Assembly (NCBI GenBank): GCA_030596025.1 | Contig: JAUVKW010000002.1 | Span: 1-47,821 of the forward strand | From: Bacteroidota bacterium | Lineage (GTDB): Bacteria > Bacteroidota > Bacteroidia > Bacteroidales > VadinHA17 | Length of the DNA stretch: 47,821 nt | Direction: 5' to 3' | Shown: one piece after another, positions 1 to 8,474 of the stretch | How positions within the stretch are numbered: the first letter of the stretch is position 1 | Layout of the letters: each line of letters opens with the position of its first letter | Translations under genes and position numbers: made by a program | The notes under the pieces: generated by a model | Told to the model about the DNA's origin: nothing | Database searches by the model: none | Seen by the model: the letters and a program-made list of their open reading frames with translations, nothing else

Positions 1-641
1 CCACCTGAAGCAGCTATCTCCAGTGCCCTTTTTACAGTTTCCTGACCTTTGACATCTGCAAAGTCGAGACCATATATATTTGCATGTTGTGAAAATAACT
101 TTTTAAGATCTACCCTTGTTTTCTGAAGTTCAATTTCCCCGTTTATGAACCTAACAACCTCTTTAAGGTTTTTCGCACCATAAACATCCAGTTCTTCTAC
201 AACAGCAGCCTCTTTTGCATTCTTTTCCGGGAGAATAATGCCTTTGAAACCCTCCTTTTTTGCTTGCAAAGCAATTGGCAAAACACCTTTAATAGGCTGC
301 AATCCGCCATCCAGTGAAAGTTCACCCATAATCAAATAATCACTTAACTTATCAGGCTTGATTTGTTCTGAAGATGCAAGAACACCAATTGCAAGTGTTA
401 AGTCGTATGCTGATCCTTCCTTGCGAATATCTGCCGGAGCCATATTGATGATAATTTGCTTACCAGGCCATTTTAAACCACATACTCCAAAAGCAGATAC
501 CATCCTGTGCTGGCTTTCCTTTACAGCATTGTCAGGAAGCCCGACAAGATAAAACCGGATGCCTCTGGAAACATTTACCTCGACAGTAACTGTTGTGGCA
601 TTAATTCCATAAACTGCACTGCCAAATGTTTTAACAAGCAT
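1..641 (-). CDS. comM: YifB/ComM Mg-chelatase-like AAA+ ATPase, N-terminal part (the 3' end runs off the window)
   Basis: It is absent from the ORF track because it is open to the window edge. My reverse translation from the ATG at 641-639 gives MLVKTFGSAVYGINATTVTVEVNVSRGIRFYLVGLPDNAVKESQHRM...LDFADVKGQETVKRALEIAASGG. This is the typical YifB/ComM N-terminal Lon-like domain leading into the Walker A region. Confidence 0.85.
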   Translation of the reverse strand, partial: MLVKTFGSAVYGINATTVTVEVNVSRGIRFYLVGLPDNAVKESQHRMVSAFGVCGLKWPGKQIIINMAPADIRKEGSAYDLTLAIGVLASSEQIKPDKLSDYLIMGELSLDGGLQPIKGVLPIALQAKKEGFKGIILPEKNAKEAAVVEELDVYGAKNLKEVVRFINGEIELQKTRVDLKKLFSQHANIYGLDFADVKGQETVKRALEIAASG

Positions 642-978
642 AACTGAACTTTAATACTTTAAGAATTTACCTAAGGCCAAATCCATAAACTCCTAATACT
701 CATAAATATAAAAATTATTAAATCCATTTCATAGCAAAGCAGCAGATTTCTATTTAAAAGTCTAAAACTGTAAACTGTTTTTAGGACGATACAAAGTTCG
801 AAGATAAATAAACTATATCACCCCGGGACGAAATATTAGATAGTTTAAAATGTATGCTCCAAAAATTAGAACAAAGCTTTTTTGAATAATCAGCGTTTTA
901 ATACAGCTTATTTAATTGCTTCAATAGACTTATAAAAGTAATCTTATTTCCCTTGCCAGCTTTCTTGTTTTTACTAAA

Positions 979-1992
979 TCAAAATTTCAAAAACAATTTT
1001 TCAAAAACTGTTCTATAGGCCCTGTTGGGTAAAGGGATAAGACGTCCTTTTTCTATTCTTTTGATATATTTAACCACCTGGTCATGATCATTTTGCAGGG
1101 GGAGTACCCTGTTCGTTAATTTAAACGTTGACCGTACGTATTGATTCCCTTTAATAAGTTCGAACCCATGTGTTGACATTAAATTGATTAGAGATTCAAG
1201 AGTAAAATGAAAAGTGTGAGAATTTTGAAGATATTTCAAAATATTCATATCATAATTCTTATGAATTTCTTTGATTCCAGGCACCTCAATATAAATTATA
1301 GTATTGTCACTTGAAAAATGTTTAATTAATTCAATTTCAGCATTAACATCCAGGATATGTTCAAGTACGTGTGAGTAAATAATTAAATCAGGTTTTTTAC
1401 TATTTGATAAGCTTTTTAAAGTTCCAACTTCCAAGTCAAGCCCGTGCAAATTTCTACCATAATCAATATACTGTTCACCTAAATCAATTCCCTTGACTTT
1501 GGCGCCTTTCTCTCTAAAGAAGTCAATTATTCCTCCTGCTGCACAGCCTACCTCCAATACATATGATGAGTCCGGGTTGAGGATATTATTCTTTTGCAAG
1601 AAGTCATAAATCTTCTTTCCTTTCCTCTTTTGTCGTAAGAAATATGATTCTGTTGGTTCTTCAATACCAACATACAACTTCTTTTGTTCATTGTTATAGA
1701 ATTTATTATATGATAGTTGGGTCATTCTGGGACTAGTATACCAGATGCCACAGGTTAAACATATATTTGTTGGAAAGTACAAACCATACCTGTCTTTTTC
1801 CCCGATCAAATCTCTATTTTTGTGATGACAAATAGGGCATTCCGTATCTTCAAATTGGTATTCTCCGCTTTCAATTTTTTGATTAATTAAATCTATCATT
1901 TCAAGTTGAAGCTTATTAAGAGTCAACTCGGGAGCATTGTTATTTTCTAATCTTTTCAATTTTATTATTCCCATAATTTGTTTTTGGGCCAT
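979..1992 (-). CDS. Class I SAM-dependent methyltransferase with an N-terminal CxxC...CxxC zinc ribbon
   Basis: 337-aa ORF. The SAM motif I is LEVGCAAGGIIDFF, followed by an acidic loop (KGIDLGE). The N-terminal zinc ribbon reads CPICHH...CLTCG. Confidence 0.8.
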   Translation of the reverse strand: MAQKQIMGIIKLKRLENNNAPELTLNKLQLEMIDLINQKIESGEYQFEDTECPICHHKNRDLIGEKDRYGLYFPTNICLTCGIWYTSPRMTQLSYNKFYNNEQKKLYVGIEEPTESYFLRQKRKGKKIYDFLQKNNILNPDSSYVLEVGCAAGGIIDFFREKGAKVKGIDLGEQYIDYGRNLHGLDLEVGTLKSLSNSKKPDLIIYSHVLEHILDVNAEIELIKHFSSDNTIIYIEVPGIKEIHKNYDMNILKYLQNSHTFHFTLESLINLMSTHGFELIKGNQYVRSTFKLTNRVLPLQNDHDQVVKYIKRIEKGRLIPLPNRAYRTVFEKLFLKF

Positions 1993-2149
1993 TGCAATGG
2001 ACAGTGAATTTCTTGAAGGTCCATTTTTGGCCTACATATTGAAATTTGCTAAAGTTATAAAAAGAATTGCCATATAACTTTTCCCATAATTGTTTATCAT
2101 TGTATGCAGAAACATGATGATATATTAGCCCACCCTTAAATGCAAGTGT

Positions 2150-3325
2150 ATGAGAATAGTGGAAAAATTTAAGAAAAAAAGGAATAAAATCCTCTATAAG
2201 AAAGGAATTATCAAACTTCCTGTAATAAAAAAATACAAATCCCAAAATCAAGTTATCCGGTTGAGCCACACAGCGGCATTTTTATTGTCGAATGCCGGTG
2301 ATGCCATATTACCAGTGAACCTGAAAGATTTATTTCACAATCGCTATGGCAAAATTAAATGGAATAATATTCATGTGCATAACATTGTAGACCAAAAAGC
2401 GATAATTAAAATTAACCAAAGTAAAGGTCTATTAATAGGAGGAGGAGGCCTTTTTTTAAAAGATACTAATCAGAATCTCCTGAGTGGCTGGCAATGGAAA
2501 TGTTCGGTTAAGGCCTTAGATCAAATTCAGGTGCCTATAGCCGTATTTGCTGTTGGCTATAACCGTTTTCGCGGACAAGATGATTTCGAACCTGTATTTA
2601 AAGAACATATTCAATTACTGACTAAAAAATCTGTTTATATTGGACTACGAAACCAGGGAAGCATCGAAGCTTATAAGAAATATATTCCCGAAACTTTACA
2701 TCATAAAGTGCGTTTTCAACCTTGTATGACAACCCTTATTTCAAAACTTTACCCTAGTCTTTTCAATATTGATCAAAAGAAAGATTTTATAGCCTTAAAT
2801 TGTGCATTTGACCGAAGGCAATTACGCTTTGGCGAAAGGGAAAATGAAGTTTTAATTAACATTTCCAAAGCTTGTAAAACATTATCAGAGAAATATCCTA
2901 TCAGATATTATACACATACAAGAGGAGATCGGAAAATGCTTCCTTACCTGGATAAAGCCAGGGTCGATTATAAACTAATTGATTTAAACGAAAAACACCC
3001 CAAACGAATAATTAAAGAATATTCCAGTGCCAAACTGGTAATTGGTATGCGCGGACATGCACAAATGATTCCCTTTGGTTGTAATACTCCAATTCTTTCG
3101 CTGATTTCGCATGATAAATTGCAATGGTTCCTTAACGACATCAATCATCCTGAATGGGGAGTAGATATAAAATCTAAGGATGTGGAATCGCAAATCATAA
3201 ATAAATCTTTAGAAATTCTAAAAAATTACAAAACTGTCCTGCAACAACTGCATACCGAACAGGACCATCTTTGGGAAATTTCTCAAAAGAATATAGGCGA
3301 TTTCCTTCTTCATACAAGAGATTAA
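2150..3325 (+). CDS. Polysaccharide pyruvyl transferase family protein (CsaB/WcaK-like)
   Basis: 391-aa ORF. It carries SNAGDAILPV near the N-terminus and LLIGGGGLF, both characteristic of the pyruvyl transferase family. The start is uncertain: the Lys-rich first 37 aa may not be real, and an alternative TTG lies at 2261. Confidence 0.65.
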   Translation: MRIVEKFKKKRNKILYKKGIIKLPVIKKYKSQNQVIRLSHTAAFLLSNAGDAILPVNLKDLFHNRYGKIKWNNIHVHNIVDQKAIIKINQSKGLLIGGGGLFLKDTNQNLLSGWQWKCSVKALDQIQVPIAVFAVGYNRFRGQDDFEPVFKEHIQLLTKKSVYIGLRNQGSIEAYKKYIPETLHHKVRFQPCMTTLISKLYPSLFNIDQKKDFIALNCAFDRRQLRFGERENEVLINISKACKTLSEKYPIRYYTHTRGDRKMLPYLDKARVDYKLIDLNEKHPKRIIKEYSSAKLVIGMRGHAQMIPFGCNTPILSLISHDKLQWFLNDINHPEWGVDIKSKDVESQIINKSLEILKNYKTVLQQLHTEQDHLWEISQKNIGDFLLHTRD

Positions 3326-3505
3326 TAGCTTAATGGATAAACAAAATACCATGTTTTCTGCAGCATGTATGGCCACATATTTTAAGTGAGCATATAAATG
3401 CGAATTTTATGTCGGCATCAGCTAACTTTCATTTTTAAATAGCAATAAGTATTAACCTATGTTACTCTATTCCGGTTTTTGTTTCCATTATTCTCCCGAA
3501 AAATA

Positions 3506-3576
3506 AAAAATCTACGATTTTTGTATTTTTTCGAGGATCCTCGAAAATCTAATTCGGTTTAGCCGAAAGATTTTCG
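3506..3576 (+). promoter_or_regulatory. Cluster of three dyad symmetries in the leader of the K+ channel gene
   Basis: Hairpin 3506-3522 reads AAAAATC tac GATTTTT. A 20-bp perfect palindrome lies at 3528-3547 (TTTTCGAGGATCCTCGAAAA). Hairpin 3542-3576 has 9 + 5 bp of stem (CGAAAATCT aa TTCGG tttag CCGAA AGATTTTCG). It shares CGAAAA (3542-3547) with the palindrome, so the two structures are mutually exclusive. Confidence 0.35.
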
Positions 3577-3645
3577 GGACATTCTTCTATCATTTTTTTG
3601 TATTTTTATTTTCTTAAAAGAGGTTTTTTTGTTCCTTTACAAAAA

Positions 3646-4458
3646 ATGAACAATCGATTAAAAAATAAGCTTTACAGGATTATTTTTGAAGCAGATACTG
3701 CTCCCGGTAAGAGTTTTGATATATTCCTTCTCATTCTCATCGGTCTCAGTATAGTTGCTGTATTGCTTGAGAGTGTGCCAGGTGTTCAATCTCAGTATGG
3801 ACATCAGCTTTATATTGCAGAATGGGTAATTACCTTTTTCTTCAGTATTGAATACATTTTTCGTATTTGGGTCGTGAAGCACCCTAAAAAGTACATTTTT
3901 AGTTTCTACGGCATCATTGATCTCCTGGCTATTTTACCAAGCTTTATCGGATTGTTTTTTGTCGGAGCCCAGGGCTTGATGATCATCAGGGGTATACGAC
4001 TGTTAAGAATTTTCAGGCTCTTCAAGCTTACCCGCTATACCAGTGAAGCTGATACTCTTCTAAGGGCATTAAAAGCCAGCAGGACAAAAATCTCAGTTTT
4101 CCTTTTTGCTGTATTTACCATAGTGATTTTTATTGGAACCCTGATGTACCTGGTAGAGGGAGAGGAGCATGGTTATACCAGCATTCCAAAAGGAATTTAT
4201 TGGGCCATAGTAACACTTACCACCGTAGGATATGGCGATATTGCTCCTGCCACCAATCTAGGGCAATTTATAGCCAGCCTGGTAATGATAATGGGTTACG
4301 GAATTATTGCAGTACCTACTGGAATTGTTACTGCCGAATTTGCAAAAAATAAATGGACAAAAAAACCTCTTAGTCGCAGTTGTTCAAATTGCCTGAAAGA
4401 AGACATTGACCCCGATGCCGTTTATTGTAAACATTGCGGAGAAAAACTAGAACCTTAA
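3646..4458 (+). CDS. Voltage-gated K+ channel (ion transport family) with a C-terminal zinc ribbon
   Basis: The selectivity filter is TTVGYGD. The S4-like segment IRGIRLLRIFRLFKLTRY has Arg/Lys at every third position. The C-terminus reads CSNC-x12-CKHC. I use the ATG at 3646 (MNNRLKNK) rather than the TTG at 3598 given in the ORF track. Confidence 0.85.
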   Translation: MNNRLKNKLYRIIFEADTAPGKSFDIFLLILIGLSIVAVLLESVPGVQSQYGHQLYIAEWVITFFFSIEYIFRIWVVKHPKKYIFSFYGIIDLLAILPSFIGLFFVGAQGLMIIRGIRLLRIFRLFKLTRYTSEADTLLRALKASRTKISVFLFAVFTIVIFIGTLMYLVEGEEHGYTSIPKGIYWAIVTLTTVGYGDIAPATNLGQFIASLVMIMGYGIIAVPTGIVTAEFAKNKWTKKPLSRSCSNCLKEDIDPDAVYCKHCGEKLEP

Positions 4459-4474
4459 TCTTAAAAATTTTAGG

Positions 4475-4482
4475 TAAATTTG
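4475..4482 (+). promoter_or_regulatory. Candidate -7 promoter box (TAnnTTTG) upstream of the small ORF/mutL unit
   Basis: TAAATTTG lies 19 nt upstream of the ATG at 4501. Confidence 0.25.
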
Positions 4483-4500
4483 TTCCTATAATATTTTGTC

Positions 4501-4785
4501 ATGTCACAATTACCAAGCTTTTTCAGAACACATCAACCAAAGAGGTTCAACTATACACCATTCTATTACAATGAGCAAAAAGAAGATCTGGAGCAACGAA
4601 CCAGCCAGATTAAACAAGACATGGGACTTGAAAATGGAGAAGTTTATGCCCCAAAAATAAGAAAGGGGCAAATGGGCAATTTCTACAGAAGAAAAAGAAA
4701 ACAAATTGAACGTCGTTCAAACATACGTTTATTTATAGTCATATTATTTCTTGCCCTTGCGGCCTGGCTCTTGTTTTTCAGGTAA
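4501..4785 (+). CDS. Small conserved-looking hypothetical protein with a C-terminal membrane anchor
   Basis: 94-aa ORF with a basic stretch (RRKRKQIERR) followed by a single hydrophobic helix (LFIVILFLALAAWLLFF). A TAAATTTG box lies 19 nt upstream. No family was recognised. Confidence 0.4.
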   Translation: MSQLPSFFRTHQPKRFNYTPFYYNEQKEDLEQRTSQIKQDMGLENGEVYAPKIRKGQMGNFYRRKRKQIERRSNIRLFIVILFLALAAWLLFFR

Positions 4786-4844
4786 AAAATATTCAGGTAT
4801 TTCAAATAATCCAATTCCAATCCTAAGTAATACAACATATTTCA

Positions 4845-6644
4845 ATGGCAGACATTATTCATCTATTGCCTGATTCAGTAGCCAATCAGATTGCGGCAGG
4901 GGAAGTTATCCAGCGCCCGGCATCCATTGTCAAGGAGCTGGTTGAAAATGCAGTCGATGCGGGAAGCACTGAAATAATGGTACTACTGAAAGAAGCCGGG
5001 AAATCAAGGGTACAGGTAATTGACAATGGTTGTGGAATGTCAGATACAGATGCCAGGATGTCTTTTGAAAGGCATGCAACTTCAAAAATTAAGGAAGCTA
5101 ATGATTTGTTTTCCATACGCACCATGGGGTTTCGTGGTGAAGCCCTGGCTTCTATTGCTGCAGTTGCCCAGCTTGAGCTTAAAACTTGTAAGAGGGAGGA
5201 AAAACTTGGAACGCTGATCAAAATCAATGGTTCAGAAATTGAAATTCAGGAACCCACCAGTTGCCCTTCGGGAACAAACATTATTGTAAAGAACCTTTTT
5301 TACAATATCCCTGCACGAAGGAAATTCCTGAAATCCAACTCCACAGAACTCAGGCATCTGGTTATCGAGTTTCAACGCATAGCTCTCACTCTTCCACAAA
5401 TTTCTTTTTCCTTATACCATAACGATTCTGAAATCTACAATTTATCTGCAGTTCCTTCCATTCCCCAAAGAATAGCGGGAATTTTTGGCAGGGGAATTCT
5501 TCCAAACCTTGTTCCTGTAAAAACTGATACAAGCATTGTAAATATCCGGGGGCATATTGGAAAACCTGAATTTGCACGTAAAACTTATGGTGAACAATTC
5601 TTTTTTGTGAATAATCGCTTTATGCGCCATCCGTATTTTCACAGAGCAGTTACCGCAGCCTATGAAGAAATCTTACCACCGGAAACTATCCCTTCATACT
5701 TTCTATATTTTGATATTGATCCGGAAAACATAGATATCAATATCCATCCTACAAAAACGGAAATAAAATTCGATGACGAAAGATCAATATGGCAAATATT
5801 AAATGCCAGCATAAGAGAAGCTCTTGGGAAATTTAATGTAATTCCTTCCATTGATTTTAACACTGAAGGATCTATTGAAATTCCGGTTTTGAATAAGGAT
5901 TCCCAGGCAAATCCACCTCAAATCAAAGTTGACCCGGGTTTTAATCCTTTCCGTGATAAGCAGAACCTGGAAAACTGGGAGAATCTATATAAGGAAAACC
6001 CTCATGTGGAACAGGGAAAGTGGCCCAACCAACAGGAAGATGTAAACACACAAAATGAGCTTTTTCAAACCGGGAGCCAGGCACAACAGAACCTTTTTCA
6101 TTTTAAGGGGAAATATATTCTTTCTCCTGTAAAATCGGGACTAATGGTCATTGACCAGAAAAGAGCCCACGAACGAATTCTTTATGAAAATTTCCTGGAA
6201 TTAAAATCTTCACTCAGAACCAGTGCTCAGAAAAGCCTGTTTCCTCATTCATTAAAATTAAACCCTGCCGATTACATACTTTTTAAAGAACTTTTGCCAG
6301 ATTTAAACAATATGGGTTTTGATATCCGTGACCTGGGAAATAACGCTTTAATAGTAAACGCCTATCCATCTAAAGTTCATATAAATGATCCCGTAGAAGC
6401 CCTGGAAGTATTACTCCATGAATACAAATCCACCCAGACCAATCTGGAAAAAGGACATAAAGAACGCCTTGCTCAATCCCTGGCAAAGGCATCTTCCATC
6501 CCTTATGGGAAAGTTTTGAGTCAGGAAGAAATGAAAGATTTAGTGGATCGTCTGTTTGCCTGCAACTCGCCCAACTATTCTCCCGGAGGAAAACCTGTCA
6601 TCTCTATTATTAGCATGGAAGAATTTGAAGAAAAATTCAATTGA
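4845..6644 (+). CDS. mutL: DNA mismatch repair protein MutL
   Basis: 599 aa. The N-terminal GHKL ATPase motifs are IAAGEVIQRPASIVKELVENAVDAG, DNGCGM and GFRGEAL. A C-terminal dimerisation domain is present. The gene ends in TGA. Confidence 0.97.
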   Translation: MADIIHLLPDSVANQIAAGEVIQRPASIVKELVENAVDAGSTEIMVLLKEAGKSRVQVIDNGCGMSDTDARMSFERHATSKIKEANDLFSIRTMGFRGEALASIAAVAQLELKTCKREEKLGTLIKINGSEIEIQEPTSCPSGTNIIVKNLFYNIPARRKFLKSNSTELRHLVIEFQRIALTLPQISFSLYHNDSEIYNLSAVPSIPQRIAGIFGRGILPNLVPVKTDTSIVNIRGHIGKPEFARKTYGEQFFFVNNRFMRHPYFHRAVTAAYEEILPPETIPSYFLYFDIDPENIDINIHPTKTEIKFDDERSIWQILNASIREALGKFNVIPSIDFNTEGSIEIPVLNKDSQANPPQIKVDPGFNPFRDKQNLENWENLYKENPHVEQGKWPNQQEDVNTQNELFQTGSQAQQNLFHFKGKYILSPVKSGLMVIDQKRAHERILYENFLELKSSLRTSAQKSLFPHSLKLNPADYILFKELLPDLNNMGFDIRDLGNNALIVNAYPSKVHINDPVEALEVLLHEYKSTQTNLEKGHKERLAQSLAKASSIPYGKVLSQEEMKDLVDRLFACNSPNYSPGGKPVISIISMEEFEEKFN

Positions 6645-6794
6645 ATCTTTTATGAGAAGTGACATTTTGACTGAAATTAGAATTTTTCATAAAATTTTTA
6701 ACTTTGGCTCAAGTATTGAAGTACTTCAGGCTATGAGCCACTTTGCAAAAAATATATTTATAGCTCAATAAGAATATCTAAAAAAATAACACCT

Positions 6795-7538
6795 GTGAAT
6801 AACTTCAGAACATCCTTTGCCGGAACACCTGCTGTGGTTAAAAACCTCATCATTTTAAATATCTTGTTTTTTCTTGCCACTTATGTAATGGAAGCTTCGT
6901 TTGGGCTGGATATCACTAAATACCTGGCTCTCTACCTTCCTTCATCTGAACATTTCAGGCCATACCAATTTATTAGCCATATGTTCATGCATGGAAGTTT
7001 AAGCCATATCTTCTTCAATATGTTTGCTTTATGGATGTTTGGAAGAGTACTGGAAAGTGTATGGGGGGGGAAACGATTTTTTATTTTCTATTTTGTTACC
7101 GGCATAGGTGCTGCTCTTATATATTCTCTGGTGAATTATATTGAGTTCTCAGCTGTGAAAGCACAAATGTCTCCTGATCAGATTGATTCTGTTTTACGGG
7201 AAGGATATATTGCCTTTGAGCAAGGAAAAAACTTTGTTGACCCTTTGATGAGAAAAATGAATCTATTTCTAAATACTCCTACTATTGGAGCATCAGGGGC
7301 AGTATTTGGGGTCTTACTGGGATTTGGGATGCTGTTCCCAAATACACAACTAATGCTGTTATTCCCTCCTATACCAATCAAGGCAAAATATTTTGTTATA
7401 TTTTATGGTGTTCTTGAGTTATTCCTGGCCTTCTCACAACCCGGAAGCAACATTGCTCATGTTGCTCATCTCGGAGGCATGATTTTTGGTTTTATCCTTA
7501 TCAAATACTGGGGGAAACAAAAAAATACTTTTTACTAG
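6795..7538 (+). CDS. Rhomboid family intramembrane serine protease
   Basis: 247 aa and multi-pass. It has HMFMHGSLSHIFFNM, the catalytic Ser motif GASGAVFG and the catalytic His in AHLGGM. It starts with GTG. Confidence 0.85.
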   Translation: MNNFRTSFAGTPAVVKNLIILNILFFLATYVMEASFGLDITKYLALYLPSSEHFRPYQFISHMFMHGSLSHIFFNMFALWMFGRVLESVWGGKRFFIFYFVTGIGAALIYSLVNYIEFSAVKAQMSPDQIDSVLREGYIAFEQGKNFVDPLMRKMNLFLNTPTIGASGAVFGVLLGFGMLFPNTQLMLLFPPIPIKAKYFVIFYGVLELFLAFSQPGSNIAHVAHLGGMIFGFILIKYWGKQKNTFY

Positions 7539-7545
7539 GAAGCCA

Positions 7546-8433
7546 ATGAATATTATTGAAGAAATAAAAAGCTCATATAAAAAAGGCAGTTCGCTCCACA
7601 AACTCCTGTATATAAACCTTGGATTATTCCTTGCTGTAAAGCTGGTGTATATTTTCCTCTTCCTTTTTAATGTTGAGGGAGCTGAAGTACTTGTAATAAA
7701 ATGGCTTGCTGTCCCTGCCTATCTTCCAGACCTGATTCTGAGAATATGGACACCCATTAGCTATATGTTCCTGCATGAAGGATTTATACACATCCTTTTT
7801 AATCTTTTATGGCTCTATTGGTTCGGGACTATTTTCCTTGAATATTTCGATCAGAAAAAGTTAATTACAGTTTATTTGCTGGGAGGATTATCCGGAGCTT
7901 TTCTGTATATTTTATCATTTAATGTATTTCCGTCTTTTGCTCCATTCCTGGAACAATCGGTTGCCCTGGGAGCCTCAGCCTCAGTAATGGCCATTGTTAT
8001 AGCAGTGGCGGCATATGTTCCAAACTATGTAGTAAGGCTATTATTAATAGGCCCGGTTAAAATTAAATATATTGCCATTGCTGTTTTTGTTTTCACTTCT
8101 ATTCTTGACTTTTCCACTAATACCGGAGGGAAAATAGCTCATATTGGGGGAGCAATGTTTGGGTTTCTATACGTCTCACAATACAAAAAAGGGAAGGATA
8201 TTGGAAAAGGCTTCGATAGTTTTATGGATAGCATTTTTAGCCTGTTTAAATCAAGAAGCAAATTAAAAGTAACTCATAGGAAGGCCCCAAAAAATGACCT
8301 GGATTACAATTCTATGAAAGCAGGTGAGCAAGAGGCTGTGAACCAGATACTTGACAAGATTTCAAAAGGAGGTTACGACAGTCTTACAAAAAATGAAAAA
8401 GAGACTTTGTTTAAAATGAGTGATAAAAAATAA
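7546..8433 (+). CDS. Rhomboid family protein (second tandem paralog) with a cytoplasmic C-terminal tail
   Basis: It has FLHEGFIHILFNL, GASASVMA and HIGGAMFG. The C-terminal tail contains ILDKISKGGYDSLTKNEKETLF. I use the ATG at 7546 (MNIIEEIK), 7 nt after the stop of the upstream rhomboid. Confidence 0.8.
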   Translation: MNIIEEIKSSYKKGSSLHKLLYINLGLFLAVKLVYIFLFLFNVEGAEVLVIKWLAVPAYLPDLILRIWTPISYMFLHEGFIHILFNLLWLYWFGTIFLEYFDQKKLITVYLLGGLSGAFLYILSFNVFPSFAPFLEQSVALGASASVMAIVIAVAAYVPNYVVRLLLIGPVKIKYIAIAVFVFTSILDFSTNTGGKIAHIGGAMFGFLYVSQYKKGKDIGKGFDSFMDSIFSLFKSRSKLKVTHRKAPKNDLDYNSMKAGEQEAVNQILDKISKGGYDSLTKNEKETLFKMSDKK

Positions 8434-8474
8434 GCAATTTTAGTTCCGGGAATATATAGTAAAAATAATCTTCA

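Noticed and set aside
1940-2269. 109-aa minus-strand ORF spanning the methyltransferase / pyruvyl transferase divergent region
   Set aside because: It overlaps the 5' ends of both well-supported genes. Its composition is odd (F/Y/K/N-rich) and no motif was recognised, so it is likely spurious.
3326-3645. A known riboswitch controlling the K+ channel, for example a c-di-AMP ydaO/kimA-type element
   Set aside because: The region is extremely AT-rich. I could not find the conserved G/C-rich cores expected of that class. Only the dyad cluster is reported.
6706-6739. GGCTCA...TGAGCC stem with an inner GAAGTACTTC palindrome after mutL, considered as a terminator
   Set aside because: The 22-nt interior is long and no T-tract follows. 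It may be structured, but the evidence for a terminator is too weak.
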